DNA of 61,004 nucleotides, the filler included, from Chiloscyllium plagiosum (taxonomy: Eukaryota): NCBI RefSeq assembly GCF_004010195.1. It is 3 parts of one record of this genome, joined end to end, with 100 filler letters (N's around TTAATTAATTAA, not from the genome) between each part and the next. Parts side by side here need not be neighbours in the genome. Positions count along the whole stretch, not along the records: positions 45,379 to 61,004 come from NC_057717.1; 2 more parts are not named here. One strand, 5' to 3'. Positions within the stretch are counted from its first letter, which is position 1. Each line of letters starts with the position of its first letter. Both the position numbers and the translations under genes were made by a program. Shown in pieces: positions 49,338 to 61,004 of this stretch. The notes beneath the pieces were generated by a model, which had not been told where the DNA came from, ran no database searches, and was given only the letters and a program-made list of their open reading frames with translations.

Positions 49338-50686
49338 ATCCTGCTCCTCGGATGCTGCCTGACTCGCAGTGCTTTCCCAGAAACAAACTCTCTGCGTTTA
49401 ATCTCTAAGGTGACCCTGAATAGGCTGGGGATTTTCTTTTCCCTGCAGCACGGGGAAAGGGGGCTGAGGGTTGGCCTGAACAAGATCCAGAAATCATGAG
49501 GGGCATTGTTATGATGAATAGCCAAGGTCTTTTTCAGAGTGTTGGGGAGTCCAAAAGTATAAGACAGAGGATTATGCCGAGAGGAGAAACGTTGGAAAAG
49601 GTCCTGAAGGGTAACGTTTTCACATAGATGGTGGTGNNNNNNNNNNNNNNNNNNNNNNNNNNNNNNNNNNNNNNNNNNNNNNNNNNNNNNNNNNNNNNNN
49701 NNNNNNNNNNNNNNNNNNNNNNNNNNNNNNNNNNNNNNNNNNNNNNNNNNNNNNNNNNNNNNNNNNNNNNNNNNNNNNNNNNNNNNNNNNNNNNNNNNNN
49801 NNNNNNNNNNNNNNNNNNNNNNNNNNNNNNNNNNNNNNNNNNNNNNNNNNNNNNNNNNNNNNNNNNNNNNNNNNNNNNNNNNNNNNNNNNNNNNNNNNNN
49901 NNNNNNNNNNNNNNNNNNNNNNNNNNNNNNNNNNNNNNNNNNNNNNNNNNNNNNNNNNNNNNNNNNNNNNNNNNNNNNNNNNNNNNNNNNNNNNNNNNNN
50001 NNNNNNNNNNNNNNNNNNNNNNNNNNNNNNNNNNNNNNNNNNNNNNNNNNNNNNNNNNNNNNNNNNNNNNNNNNNNNNNNNNNNNNNNNNNNNNNNNNNN
50101 NNNNNNNNNNNNNNNNNNNNNNNNNNNNNNNNNNNNNNNNNNNNNNNNNNNNNNNNNNNNNNNNNNNNNNNNNNNNNNNNNNNNNNNNNNNNNNNNNNNN
50201 NNNNNNNNNNCTCTGAAATCCCTGAGATCTGATCAGGTATTTCCCAGAACTTAGTGGGAAGCTTAGGAGGAGATTCCTGAGCCCCTTGCTGAGATATTTG
50301 TATCATTGATAATCATGGATGAGGTGCTGGAAGATTGGAGATTGGCTAATGTGGTGGCATTACGTAAGTTGGCTCTAAAGGAAAACCAGGACATCATGGA
50401 GAGTTGAGCTTTCTCTCCACAGATGCTGCCAGAGCCTCTGAGATTTTCCACAATTTCCGTTTTCTTTTGTTTCAGATACACGACATCTGCAGTTGTTTTG
50501 ATTTTTATTTAGTGGTCGTGGAGTGTTGTCTTTTGGATTGGAGGTCTGTAAAAACATAACAATACCAGAACGTAAGAAATGTGAGAAGGATTCAGCCATC
50601 TGACCCTACGATGGGGTTCAACAATACCATGGATGATCATCCCATGGACTGAGCTCCACTTACCCACCTGGAGGTTCCCTGCCTCC

Positions 50687-50722
50687 ATTCCTGATGAAGG
50701 GCTTTTGCCCGAAACGTCGAAT
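50687..50722 (+). ncRNA. Minimal type I hammerhead ribozyme motif (duplicate copy)
   Basis: Identical to 49302-49337. Confidence 0.8.
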
Positions 50723-51231
50723 ATCCTGCTCCTCGGATGCTGCCTGACTCGCAGTGCATTCCCAGAAACAAGCTCTCAGTGTTTAATCTATAAGGTAACC
50801 CTGAATAGTCTGGGGCTTTTCTTTTTCCTGCAGCACGAGGAAAGGGGGCTGAGGGTTGGTCTGAACAAGATCCAGAAATCATGAGGGGCATTGTTATGAT
50901 GAATAGCCAGGGTCTTTTTCAGAGTGTTGGGGAGTCCAAAAGTATAAGACAGAGGATTATGGCGAGAGGAGAAACGTTGGAAAAGGTCCTGAAGGGTAAC
51001 GTTTTCACATAGATGGTGGTGTATACACAGAAAAATCTGCTAAAGGAAGTGGTGGAGGCGAGTATAAGTTTAAAATTTAAAAGGCAGCTGGATGTGTGTA
51101 CGAGAATGAAACATTTAGAGAAATATGGGTCACCTGTTTGCCATATGATACTCGGTCAAATTGGGATATTAGTTCAGCACAGATGAGTTGGAACGAAGGA
51201 TCTGCTTCCGTGCTGTATAACTGTATGACTG

Positions 51232-51800
51232 TAAGTTTTGTTAAAACTTAGAAGAAGCTCTCGTCATATCACAGCTGAATACTGTCAACTATTGTGGGAC
51301 TCGTATTAAAGGAAAGCTACTCTGGAATCCGAGGCAATCCACATGAGGTTCAATAGACTGATCTTGAGGATGGAGGGACTGTCTTGAGAACAGAGACCGA
51401 GTAGTTTGAGCTTGTACCAATTGGAACATAGATTATTCAGTGGTGACATTCTGAAATTTCAGGAAACATGGTGCTTTAAATGCAGAAATGTTGTTTCCAC
51501 TTTTGGGAGAGTTCAGGACCAGGGAGTGTAATCTCTGGCTTAGAGGTCACAGATTTAAGGCAGAAGAGAAATTCTTCTCCCAAAATGGAGTGAATGTGTA
51601 GAATTCTTTACTACAGGACACCGAGTTTGGGCCATTGAGTACTTTCAAATGTAACTGGGCAGATTATGAATCTTTAATGGAATCAGTGCTGATTGGGAAA
51701 AGGTTGAAAAGCGGAGGTGAGGATTATCAGTCCAACCACAACGTCATTGAATAGAAGACAAAACTCCATTGACAAAAATGCCCGCTTCCGGTTCCTCATA
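51232..51800 (+). mobile_element. 3' part of the older CR1 LINE
   Basis: ALVISQ(L)EYCQLLWDSY*RK continues ORF2 from about 47190, followed by a degenerate CR1 3' UTR. Confidence 0.65.
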
Positions 51801-51809
51801 ATTGACCTT

Positions 51810-53368
51810 GAAACGCATAAAAGTGGATAAATCCCCAGGACCTGATCATGTGTAGGTTAGAACTCTATGGGACGCTAAGGAAGTGATTGCTGGTCCCGTT
51901 GCTGAGGTACTTGTGTAATCAAGAGTCATAGGTGAGTTGCTGGGAGACTGGAGGTTGACTGATGTGGATCCACTGTTTAAGAAACGGTAAGGACAAGCCA
52001 GGGAACTATAGGCCAGTGCGCGTGACGTTGGTGGTGGGAAGAGTTTTGGAGGGAATTATGAGTGACAGGATGTACATGTATTTGGAAAGGTAAGGACTAA
52101 TTCGGGATCGTCAACATGGCTTTGTGCGTGGGAAGTCTGTCTCACAAACTTGATTGAGTTTTTTTGGAGAAGTTACCAAGAGGATTGATGAGATGAGAGC
52201 AGTGGATGTGATCTATATGGACTTCAGTAAGGCGTTCAACAAGGTTCCCCAAGGGAGATTGGTTAGCAAGGTGAGATGTCACAGAATAGAGGCAGAACTA
52301 ACCATGTGGATACAGAACTGGCTCAAAGGTAGAAGACAGAGGGTGGTGGTGGAGGGTTTTTTTCAGGCTGGAGGCCTGTGACCAGTGGAGTGTCACAAGG
52401 ATCGGTGTTGGGTCCACTACTTTTCATCATTGATATAAATGAATTGGATGCGAGCATAAGAGGTATAGTTAGTAAGTTTGCAAATGACACCAATATTGGA
52501 TTTGTAGTGGACAATGAAGACGCTTATCTCAGATTTCAATGGGATCTTGATCAGATGGGCCAATGGGCTGAGAAGTGGCAGATGGATTTTAATTCAAAAA
52601 CAAATCATAGCAGGTCTTATACACTTAATGGTAAGGTCTTAGAGAGCGTTGCTGAACAAAGAGACCTTGGAGTGCAGTTTCATAGCTCCATGAAAGCATA
52701 GTCGCAAGTCGATAGGATAGTGAAGGAGGCGATTGGTATACTTTCCTTTATTGGTCAGAGTATTGAGTACAGGAGTTTGGAGGTCACGTTGCAGCTGTAC
52801 AGGACATTGATTAGGGTTACTGTTGGAATATTTAATGCAATTCTGGTCTCCGTCCTTTGGGAAGGATATTGTGAAACTTGACAGAGGTTCAAAAAGGATT
52901 TAAAAGGATGTTGCCAGGTTTGGAGGATTTGAGCTATAGGGAGCGACTGAATAGGTTATGGTTGTTCTCCCTGGAGCGTCAGAGGCTGAGGGGTGACCTC
53001 ATCGAGGTTTATACAATCATGAGGGGCATGGATAAGATAAATAGAGAAAGTCTTTTCCCTCGGGTGGGTGAGTCCAGAACTAGATGGCGTAGGTTTAGGG
53101 TGTGCGGGGAAAGATGTAAAAGAGACTTAAGGGGCAACATTTTCACACAGAGGGTGGTACGTGTATGGAATGAGCTGCCACAGGAAGTGGTGGAGGCAAG
53201 TACAATTGCAACATTTAAAAGGCATCTACATAGATTTATAGGAAGGGTTTGGAGGGATATGGGTCGGATGCTGGCAGCTGGGATTAGATTGGGTTGGGAC
53301 GTTTGGTCTGCATGGACGAGTCTGACCAAAGGGTCTGTTTCCACGCTGGACATCGCTATGACTCCATG
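51810..53368 (+). mobile_element. 5'-truncated CR1 LINE (RT domain to 3' end)
   Basis: KSPGPD, YMDFSKAFNKVP, SGVSQGSVLGPLLF, SKFANDT, RLRGDLIEVY, FTQRVVRVWNELP. Tail AAGGGTCTGTTTCC...CTATGACTCCATGA. Confidence 0.93.
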
Positions 53369-53629
53369 AGCCAATATATTGGTAAGGCGTTGACTTCATG
53401 TTATTTAAGAAAACATTGTCTGATTGTGGAAATGCAAAACACGGCATCAGATATAAAAAATGGGGGAAGGCAGGAGTGGAAAAGCGAAAGAGAGACAGAG
53501 AAAGAAACGTTAGCTGTACCAATCAATCTCGAAATTGTAGTTTTTTTGGACTAAACTTGGAAATTGATATCACTGTGATGTTTAGAATCAGACAACTTGT
53601 ATATTTAAAGGGACTAACATCAATTAGTA

Positions 53630-53770
53630 TGGAAATTCCCTGCTTACCGGCATAATGGATCAATCCACAACAGCGATTTAAGAAGGCAGCTGACCATCAC
53701 CTTCTCGAGGGCAAGTAGGGATCAATGCCAGTCAGCCAAGAGATGCCTAGGTCCCACAAATGAATCGTAA
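53630..53770 (+). mobile_element. 3' end of a CR1-group LINE
   Basis: CAGCGATTTAAGAAGGCAGCTGACCATCACCTTCTCGAGGGCAAGTAGGGAT...CCCACAAATGAAT resembles a recalled fish LINE/SINE tail. Confidence 0.5.
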
Positions 53771-54746
53771 TTTTTAAAAATCCATTGTTTTATTTGCATA
53801 TTTGACATTATTTGTGTGCTGTGCTTGTGGGGAAATATAACCTGGGGTTTTGTTGCTCTGTCATCTATTCTGAGAGTTCTATTTCTGTGTTTATTTACAT
53901 AAACGTTTCACTGGTTTCAAAGCAGAGTTGATGACAGTAAAGCCAGATGAACGGAGTTTCAAATGATAAGTTTCAAATCAAACCAAGTTTATTTGAAGAA
54001 TGTTGACTATTTGCAGAAGTGAATGCAAATTTCATGACTATCGATTGCTACAGATATTATTTATATCTGGAAGATGAACATAATTTAACATTTGAATTTA
54101 GCTTAATATTTGAATTCTGGAAGTTCATGCAATGAAACATTTCTCTCNNNNNNNNNNNNNNNNNNNNNNNNNNNNNNNNNNNNNNNNNNNNNNNNNNNNN
54201 NNNNNNNNNNNNNNNNNNNNNNNNNNNNNNNNNNNNNNNNNNNNNNNNNNNNNNNNNNNNNNNNNNNNNNNNNNNNNNNNNNNNNNNNNNNNNNNNNACC
54301 TTCTCGAGGGCAAGTAGGGATCAATGCCAGTCAGCCAAGAGATGCCTAGGTCCCACAAATGAATCGTAATTTTTAAAAATCCATTGTTTTATTTGCATAT
54401 TTGACATTATTTGTGTGCTGTGCTTGTGGGGAAATATAACCTGGGGTTTTGTTGTTCTGTCATCTATTCTGAGAGTTCTATTTCTGTGTTTATTTACATA
54501 AACGTTTCACTGGTTTCAAAGCAGAGTTGATGACAGTAAAGCCAGATGAACGGAGTTTCAAATGATAAGTTTCAAATCAAACCAAGTTTATTTGAAGAAT
54601 GTTGACAGTTTGCAGAAGTGAATGCAAATTTCATGACTATCGATTGCTACAGATATTATTTATATCTGGAAGATGAACATAATTTAACATTTGAATTTAG
54701 CTTAATATTTGAATTCTGGAAGTTCATGCAATGAAACATTTCTCTC
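53699..54746. repeat. Near-identical 449-bp direct repeat across an N gap (53699-54147 and 54298-54746); likely an unmerged contig overlap
   Basis: About 3 base differences; both copies abut the gap exactly. Confidence 0.85.
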
Positions 54747-55058
54747 CAATTGGATCCACTTTGAACATTGATTTATATTGTCGTCCTTTTATACAGTAAA
54801 ATTTCCAACAATGCAACATAGCTCAAAGTGCGTTTTAGAATATTCATATAAAATAGTTGAAATGAAATCAAGAACCGCCACAACAATTTCATCTAATCGA
54901 TGTTGTTGTTGCGAGGTTTAGTCACGCTTATATTTTCTTTTAGTCTTTTATAACATGTTGATGTTGCTGGTTCAGTCATCGATGGGACCCTCTCCCTAAT
55001 TACACACTGTGCCACTTCAGAAATCATCAATTACCTGACAGTGGTTGCGGATTCTGAT

Positions 55059-55331
55059 GATTAGATTCTCTACAGTGTGGAAGCAGGGCCTTTGGCCCAA
55101 CAAGTCCAGGCCGCCCCTCCGAAGAGAAACCCATCTTCCTACCCTTTATTACCCCTGACTAGGGCTCGTAACACTGTGGGCAATTTAGCATGGCCAATTT
55201 GGATTGTGGGAGGAAACCCACGCAGACACAGGGAGAATGTGCAAACTCCAAACAGAAGGAGGGGGGAAATCGAACACAGGACCCTAGCGCTGTGAGGCAG
55301 CTGTGCTAACAACTGAGCCACAGGACCATCC
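55059..55331 (-). mobile_element. HE1-type V-SINE, diverged with an internal deletion
   Basis: GGAAACCCACGCAGACACAGGGAGAATGTGCAAACTCC and GCGCTGTGAGGCAGC; aligns to 24302-24608. Confidence 0.85.
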
Positions 55332-55374
55332 ATGACGTTGGCTGATGAGGTAAAGATGATAGATGGATTTTCTA

Positions 55375-55570
55375 ATGGTAATTAGTAAACCAGCTGTTTT
55401 AGTATTTTTCCATTGACTCTGGTTACCTTGTCACCACTTTTTTCCCTGATTCCAGGATTACTTTGAATTCAAATTTCCCCTTGGCAAATGGTGTATTCCA
55501 CCTCCTGTCCACTCAAAGTCCAACTGGAGTTTGAAATACTCTTCCAGTGATACTACCACTCTGATCCTAA
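55375..55570 (-). mobile_element. Degenerate tRNA-derived SINE 5' part (MetaSINE-like)
   Basis: Reverse complement GTGGTAGTATCACTGGA...AATTTGAATTCAA...CAGCTGGTTTACTAAT resembles a recalled shark SINE head. Confidence 0.35.
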
Positions 55571-57003
55571 TGTTGGGAATGCAGTGAGAAAGTTCTCACA
55601 AACAGAAATGCAATAAATCTGACACTTTATATCACGAATAAATATTGGAATGAAATGCTGGCAGCATCACAGGAGACTTTGCATCCAATAATCAATCTAA
55701 AATCTGTATCTGATGCTCTGGCTGCAGAACCTGATTCACCTGGTACATAATTCCCAAATTTCTGTTCTGTTTTCCTTTCAGATTTCCATGCTCCCCCATA
55801 ATTTGCACGTGTTGAGTTCTTGGTTGAAATATGAAAATGTTAGTCACATATCCCAATGTTGTCGTCAGCTATCTTTTCGAAAGTCTGCTATCTTGCTAGA
55901 CTAATTATGGTGCATCTTTCTGAAGAAGCTTTAATACAAATGTTTAGCTTCTGAGTCACGTTCGTCACATGCAAGGAACAAGCGCCTTATTTTTGAATAG
56001 GGTGGGAAGATCAGGTCGGAAGGGCAGGCGTCCCCTGAAGGACAATACTGAGCCATGGAACNNNNNNNNNNNNNNNNNNNNNNNNNNNNNNNNNNNNNNN
56101 NNNNNNNNNNNNNNNNNNNNNNNNNNNNNNNNNNNNNNNNNNNNNNNNNNNNNNNNNNNNNNNNNNNNNNNNNNNNNNNNNNNNNNNNNNNNNNNNNNNN
56201 NNNNNNNNNNNNNNNNNNNNNNNNNNNNNNNNNNNNNNNNNNNNNNNNNNNNNNNNNNNNNNNNNNNNNNNNNNNNNNNNNNNNNNNNNNNNNNNNNNNN
56301 NNNNNNNNNNNNNNNNNNNNNNNNNNNNNNNNNNNNNNNNNNNNNNNNNNNNNNNNNNNNNNNNNNNNNNNNNNNNNNNNNNNNNNNNNNNNNNNNNNNN
56401 NNNNNNNNNNNNNNNNNNNNNNNNNNNNNNNNNNNNNNNNNNNNNNNNNNNNNNNNNNNNNNNNNNNNNNNNNNNNNNNNNNNNNNNNNNNNNNNNNNNN
56501 NNNNNNNNNNNNNNNNNNNNNNNNNNNNNNNNNNNNNNNNNNNNNNNNNNNNNNNNNNNNNNNNNNNNNNNNNNNNNNNNNNNNNNNNNNNNNNNNNNNN
56601 NNNNNNNNNNNNNNNNNNNNNNNNNNNNNNNNNNNNNNNNNNNNNNNNNNNNNNNNNNNNNNNNNNNNNNNNNNNNNNNNNNNNNNNNNNNNNNNNNNNN
56701 NNNNNNNNNNNNNNNNNNNNNNNNNNNNNNNNNNNNNNNNNNNNNNNNNNNNNNNNNNNNNNNNNNNNNNNNNNNNNNNNNNNNNNNNNNNNNNNNNNNN
56801 NNNNNNNNNNNNNNNNNNNNNNNNNNNNNNNNNNNNNNNNNNNNNNNNNNNNNNNNNNNNNNNNNNNNNNNNNNNNNNNNNNNNNNNNNNNNNNNNNNNN
56901 NNNNNNNNNNNNNNNNNNNNNNNNNNNNNNNNNNNNNNNNNNNNNNNNNNNNNNNNNNNNNNNNNNNNNNNNNNNNNNNNNNNNNNNNNNNNNNNNNNNN
57001 NNN

Positions 57004-57950
57004 AGGCAGTAGAGAGTTTGTCACCTGATACTCACTGATTCCAGTTCTCGTCGGGCCCTGTAATATCAATCTCGGGCGAATGTGACCTTTACGTCAAGTG
57101 CTGTCTCTCTGCCCACACTTCAGGAACTCAGTTCTTTGTCTATGCTTAAATCAAGTGTGGAATTCGGTCAGGAGCTGAGTGGAGGTTGTGCAACCCACAT
57201 TTCATGTCACTGAGCAGGTTATTGCTGAGCCAGTGCTGCTTGATTGCTCTGTTGATGGCATTTTCACAGACCCAACTCATGACTGAGCATGGGAGCAGAA
57301 ATTTGTCAGTTTGGATTGTCCTGTTTTCTGTGCTCAAGACGTGCCTTGCCTATTTCCTACACTGGGAGAAAGTGAGGACTGCAGATGCTGGAGACCAGAG
57401 TTGAAAAGTGTGGTGCTGGAAAAGTGCAGCAGGCGAGGCAGCATCCGAGGAGCAGAAGAATCGACATTTTGGGCATAAGCCCTTTTCAGGAGTCCTGATT
57501 CCTGAAGAAGGGCTTATGTCCGAAACGTCGATTCTCCTGCTCCTCGGATGCTGCATGACCTGCTGCGCTTTTCCAGCACCACACTTTTCAACTATTTCAC
57601 ACACTGTCGGATTTTGGCCAGTGTTGCAGCTACACTGGAAGTGTTTGCCTCGCTCAAGCCATCAGTATTTTTGTCGGCTACATAATGTTTGAGTAAGCAG
57701 TGCTCCCCAGAGTATCTTGTTATCACGTGGAGAGAAGCGAATTGGCTGAAAACATATATCTGCAATATTGCTGATAATTGGACGAAGCCGAGATGGATCG
57801 TACAATTGGCACTTCTGACGATAGATTGCTGTGAATGCTTCAGCCTTAACTGATATGTTGTGCTCTCCATCAGGGACGATAGAAATATCTGTGGAGCCTA
57901 CCCCTCCGATGAGTTGCTTAATTATCCACCAGAAAAATGTTTGATGTGAC
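57004..57950 (-). mobile_element. CR1-group LINE ORF2 fragment, interrupted by the palindromic element
   Basis: WWIIKQLIGGVG, KAEAF, FQPIRFSPRD, AIKQHWLSNNLLSD..HSAPD, ALDVK. Confidence 0.75.
57365..57591. mobile_element. 227-bp palindromic insertion made of two head-to-head Penelope pLTR/hammerhead arms, with a 15-bp TSD
   Basis: 57399-57491 is the reverse complement of 57500-57593. TSD CTATTTCCTACACTG (57350-64) and CTATTTCACACACTG (57592-606), 13/15. The + arm reads CTGAAGA-A-GGGC-TTAT-GTCC-GAAACGTC. Confidence 0.88.
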
Positions 57951-59106
57951 CCTTTACTCAATGCACATTTGGAAGATTGATGGAATGTTAGCCCTCACTA
58001 CAAGATCATTTGATCACTGGAGCAATGAAGCTTTGCTTTAGTTGCATAGCAGTTTGGGTAGACCATAATTGGTGAACGGTGTGCAATTAAGTTTTCCTGA
58101 TGTCTGGAAAACTATTATCACCATAGAGGGAGTGCTGTGAAAGTTCATTGGACTTTTATTAGCCCTGATTGTATTGAATCACAGGACAAGCTCGGTGATG
58201 TGTATAGCCTACTCATGGTCAATATTTTTATGTTTCAATGACTCCTGTATCTAAATACATTACATGAACTGCTACTCCTTTATCAACTGCACACGCTGAA
58301 ATTCGTCAGAAATCTGCAATGAACTGCAGGCATGATTTTTCCATTACAAAGTCACATTGATTCCATCTGATTAACTTGACCGTTCCTGATAATAGTTTCT
58401 ATCTTACTCCTTATGCAGGAAGCTGACTTAACTGTCAAGTAGCTTCTGCTTTCTGTATCTCCCCCTTTTAATGAAGGATTTCAATTGACAATTTTCCAAT
58501 CTCATAGAGCATTCTCTGATTTTGGAAACTAAAAACTAATGCATGAAACATTTTGCGAGTCACTTTTCTGTTAATATTCCGACCATGAAGTTGAACCCCA
58601 ATCTGGGCTACAACTATTTTATCAGGAACGCTTCACTGGCGATTGTAATTTTAATTCTATCTCAACCTTCTTTTGTTTTCCTGATTTTCCACCTATTTCT
58701 GATGTGGAGGACTGTCGCAATGTACCTATTCAATGAATTGATAATTTCCTTTTTGTTGCTAGTTTCACTGACTCAATGTCCACAACACCAACGTCCATAT
58801 TGTTAATTATATTTTAAAACATGTCAGTAATATCTCTGTCTATTTAATCTAACTAGCTAACCCTAACTTTTCGTCTGATACTTGTTCCTTTATTAAACTT
58901 ATATTCTTCCACTTTCCTATATCTGTCAAATCTTCTGGAGTAGCCCCTATCAGTGTGCAATAATATAGATTTATACTCAGTTTAGTGCCGGTATTTTATT
59001 TTGAAACATGGATTGTGATTGTTTTCTTTGGGTTTTGTTTTCTTACGCTGCAGCAATGATCTCCGCGGCATATTCTGAAATATCTACTTTAATGTCCATT
59101 ACTACA

Positions 59107-61004
59107 CAAGGAAGAACAATGAACAAAGTAAATTAACAGCCCAGGAACAGGCCCTTCCGCCCTCCAAGCCTGTGCTGATCCAAATTCACTATCTAAACCT
59201 ATCGCTCAATTCCTAAGAATCTGTGTCCTACTCATGTATCTGTTCTGACCCACCGTAAATGAATCTACCGTGCCTGCCTTTACTATCTCTGCTGGCAACG
59301 CCTTCCAGGCACCGAACACATTCTGTGTAAAGGACTTCCCGCGTGTATCCCCCTTAAACTTTTCACCTCTCACCTTGAATGTGTCAACTCTCGTTATTGA
59401 ATCCCTCACCCTGGGAAAAAGCTTATCTCTATCCACCGTGAGTGCACTTTCCATGATTTTGTAGACCACAATCAGGTACCGCCCCCCCCCGATCTTCTGT
59501 TCTCTAATGAAAACAACTTCAACCTATTCCACCAGGCAACATCCTCGTAAACCTTCTCTGCACCCTCTACAAAGTGTCCACATCCTTTTGGTAATGTGGC
59601 GACTAGAACTGTACACTGCATTCTAAACACGGCCGAACCAAAGTTTTGTACAATTTTAATAAGACCTACCAGCTTTTATACTCAATGCCCCATCCGATGA
59701 AGACAAGCAAATTATATGCCTTCTTGGCAACTCTATCCACCTGTGCAGCCAGCTTCAGGGTACAACCTAACTCCCAAATCTCCCTGATCATCAATTTTCC
59801 CCAAGACTCTTCCGTTTTCACTATAGTTTGTTCTAGAATTAGACTTCCCAAAATGCATCACCTCACATTTGCCTGGATTAAACTCCAACTGTCACATCTC
59901 CACCCACTCTCCAGTATAACTGTATTCTTCTGTATTCTTTGACAGACCCCTATGCTTTCTGCTATTCCACCAATCTTCCAGTCATTTGCAAACTTACTGA
60001 TCGGAACAGCAATGCCCTCTTCCAGATCATTTTGTATATCACAAACAACAGTGTCCCCAGCACTGATCCCTGTGGAACACCACTGACCAACTTTCTCCAT
60101 TTAGAGAAGCTTCCTTCAACTATTGCTCCCTGTCTCCTGTTGCTCAACCAGTTCTTTATCCACCTAACTAGAACACCCTGCACACCATGTGACTTCACTT
60201 TCGCCATTAGTTTACCATTGGAAACCTGATCAAACTCCTTACTAAAGTCCATGTATATGACATCTACAGCCCTTCCTTCATCTATCAATTTGGTCACTAC
60301 CTCAACAACTCTATTAAATTGGTAAGGCACAATCTCCCCCACAGAAAACCACATTGTCTATCACTGATAATCCCATTCCTTTCCAAAGATAAATGGATTT
60401 CATCCCTCAGTACATTCATAGCAATTTTCCCAGCACTGACATCAAGCTCACTGGTCTGGAATATCCCTACAACCCTTCTTATGCAGGGGAAACAACATGA
60501 GCAACCCTCCAGTCCACCAGCACCTCACCTGTGTTTAAGGATGCTACCAAGATATCTGTCAGGGCCCCAGCTATTCTCTCGCTTCCCTCAACAACCTGGG
60601 ATAGATCCCTCCTCTCCTGGTGCTTTATCCATCTTAACACCATTTAGGCTACCCAACGCATCTTCCCCCCTAATGTCAATGTGATCCAGAGTAAACAAGC
60701 TTCTATCTCTAACCACAACATGTCCGTCTCCTCAGTGAACACTGATGCACAGTAATCATTGAGAATCTCACCCATTTTCTCAGGTTCAACACACAACCTT
60801 CCTTCCTTATCCGTTAGAGGACCAACAATTTCTATAGTTACCATTTTGTTTCTAATATATGAATGAAATACCTTGGGATTTTCCTAAATTCTGTTCACTA
60901 AAGTTATTTCATGACCCCTTTTAGCCCACTTCATTCCTCATTTAAGATTGGTTCTACTCTCTTGATATTCCACCAAGGCCCATTCCGTTCTTAGTTGCCT
61001 GAAC
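59107..61004 (-). mobile_element. CR1 LINE (3' end at about 59107; runs off the window)
   Basis: IYMDFSKEFDQV, SGVPQGSVLGTLLF, SKFANDWKIGG, FTQNVFGAWKALP. Tail GGGCGGAAGGGCCTGTTCCTGGGCTG. Confidence 0.92.

Larger units (their letters stand above)
47195..51231 (+). mobile_element. CR1 LINE nested in the older CR1 (ORF1 esterase end, APE endonuclease, partial RT, 3' end), with Penelope pLTR inserts and a gap-spanning duplication
   Basis: EQINAWLRS..YKRD..HLNWKGTNTLAG (SGNH esterase ORF1 end). YLSAR..DIITITERWL..KRGGGMVLLV (APE). 3' end GAAGGATCTGCTTCCGTGCTGTATAACTGTATGACT. Confidence 0.82.

Noticed and set aside
48826..51021. Biological tandem duplication of about 810 bp (48826-49636 and 50211-51021)
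   Set aside because: Both copies abut the same N gap, as expected for unmerged haplotype or contig ends; not accepted as real without long reads, although several differences exist.
53699..54746. LTR pair or tandem duplication
   Set aside because: About 99% identical copies directly flank a gap and have no TG..CA ends; this is an assembly overlap.
55969..57069. Long ORFs spanning N runs (also at 5.9-6.4, 22.0-22.5, 39.3-39.6 and 49.6-50.2 kb)
   Set aside because: Their length comes from X residues in gaps.

Overview
This 61-kb window is gene-free vertebrate repeat DNA, almost certainly from a cartilaginous fish (HE1-type SINEs, CR1 LINEs and shark-type Penelope pLTRs; inference). All calls come from reading and translating the sequence by eye, and family names are from recalled consensus motifs. 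(1) A 33-bp satellite with higher-order structure occupies 1-5878. (2) A decayed but nearly complete class I (gamma/epsilon-like) endogenous retrovirus, 'ERV-A' (LTR-PBS-gag-UAG-pro-pol-env-PPT-LTR), occurs twice in a duplicated block of at least 10 kb, about 96% identical and offset by 28.6 kb. (3) Gmr1-type Gypsy elements with the order PR-IN-RT follow each ERV-A copy. (4) A second ERV, 'ERV-B', carries a 2H-phosphoesterase remnant between protease and RT. (5) A third, class III/spuma-like or Gypsy RNaseH-integrase lies at 22.5-24.3 kb. (6) Penelope fragments carry minimal hammerhead ribozyme motifs, including a 227-bp palindromic double-hammerhead insertion with a 15-bp TSD. (7) Nested CR1 LINEs, SINEs and several assembly artefacts (N gaps, TTAATTAATTAA linkers, gap-flanking duplications) fill the rest. 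I found no intact protein-coding gene and no clearly novel functional system. The best leads are the ancient ERVs, the 2H domain, the hammerhead elements and a 28-bp templated insertion.
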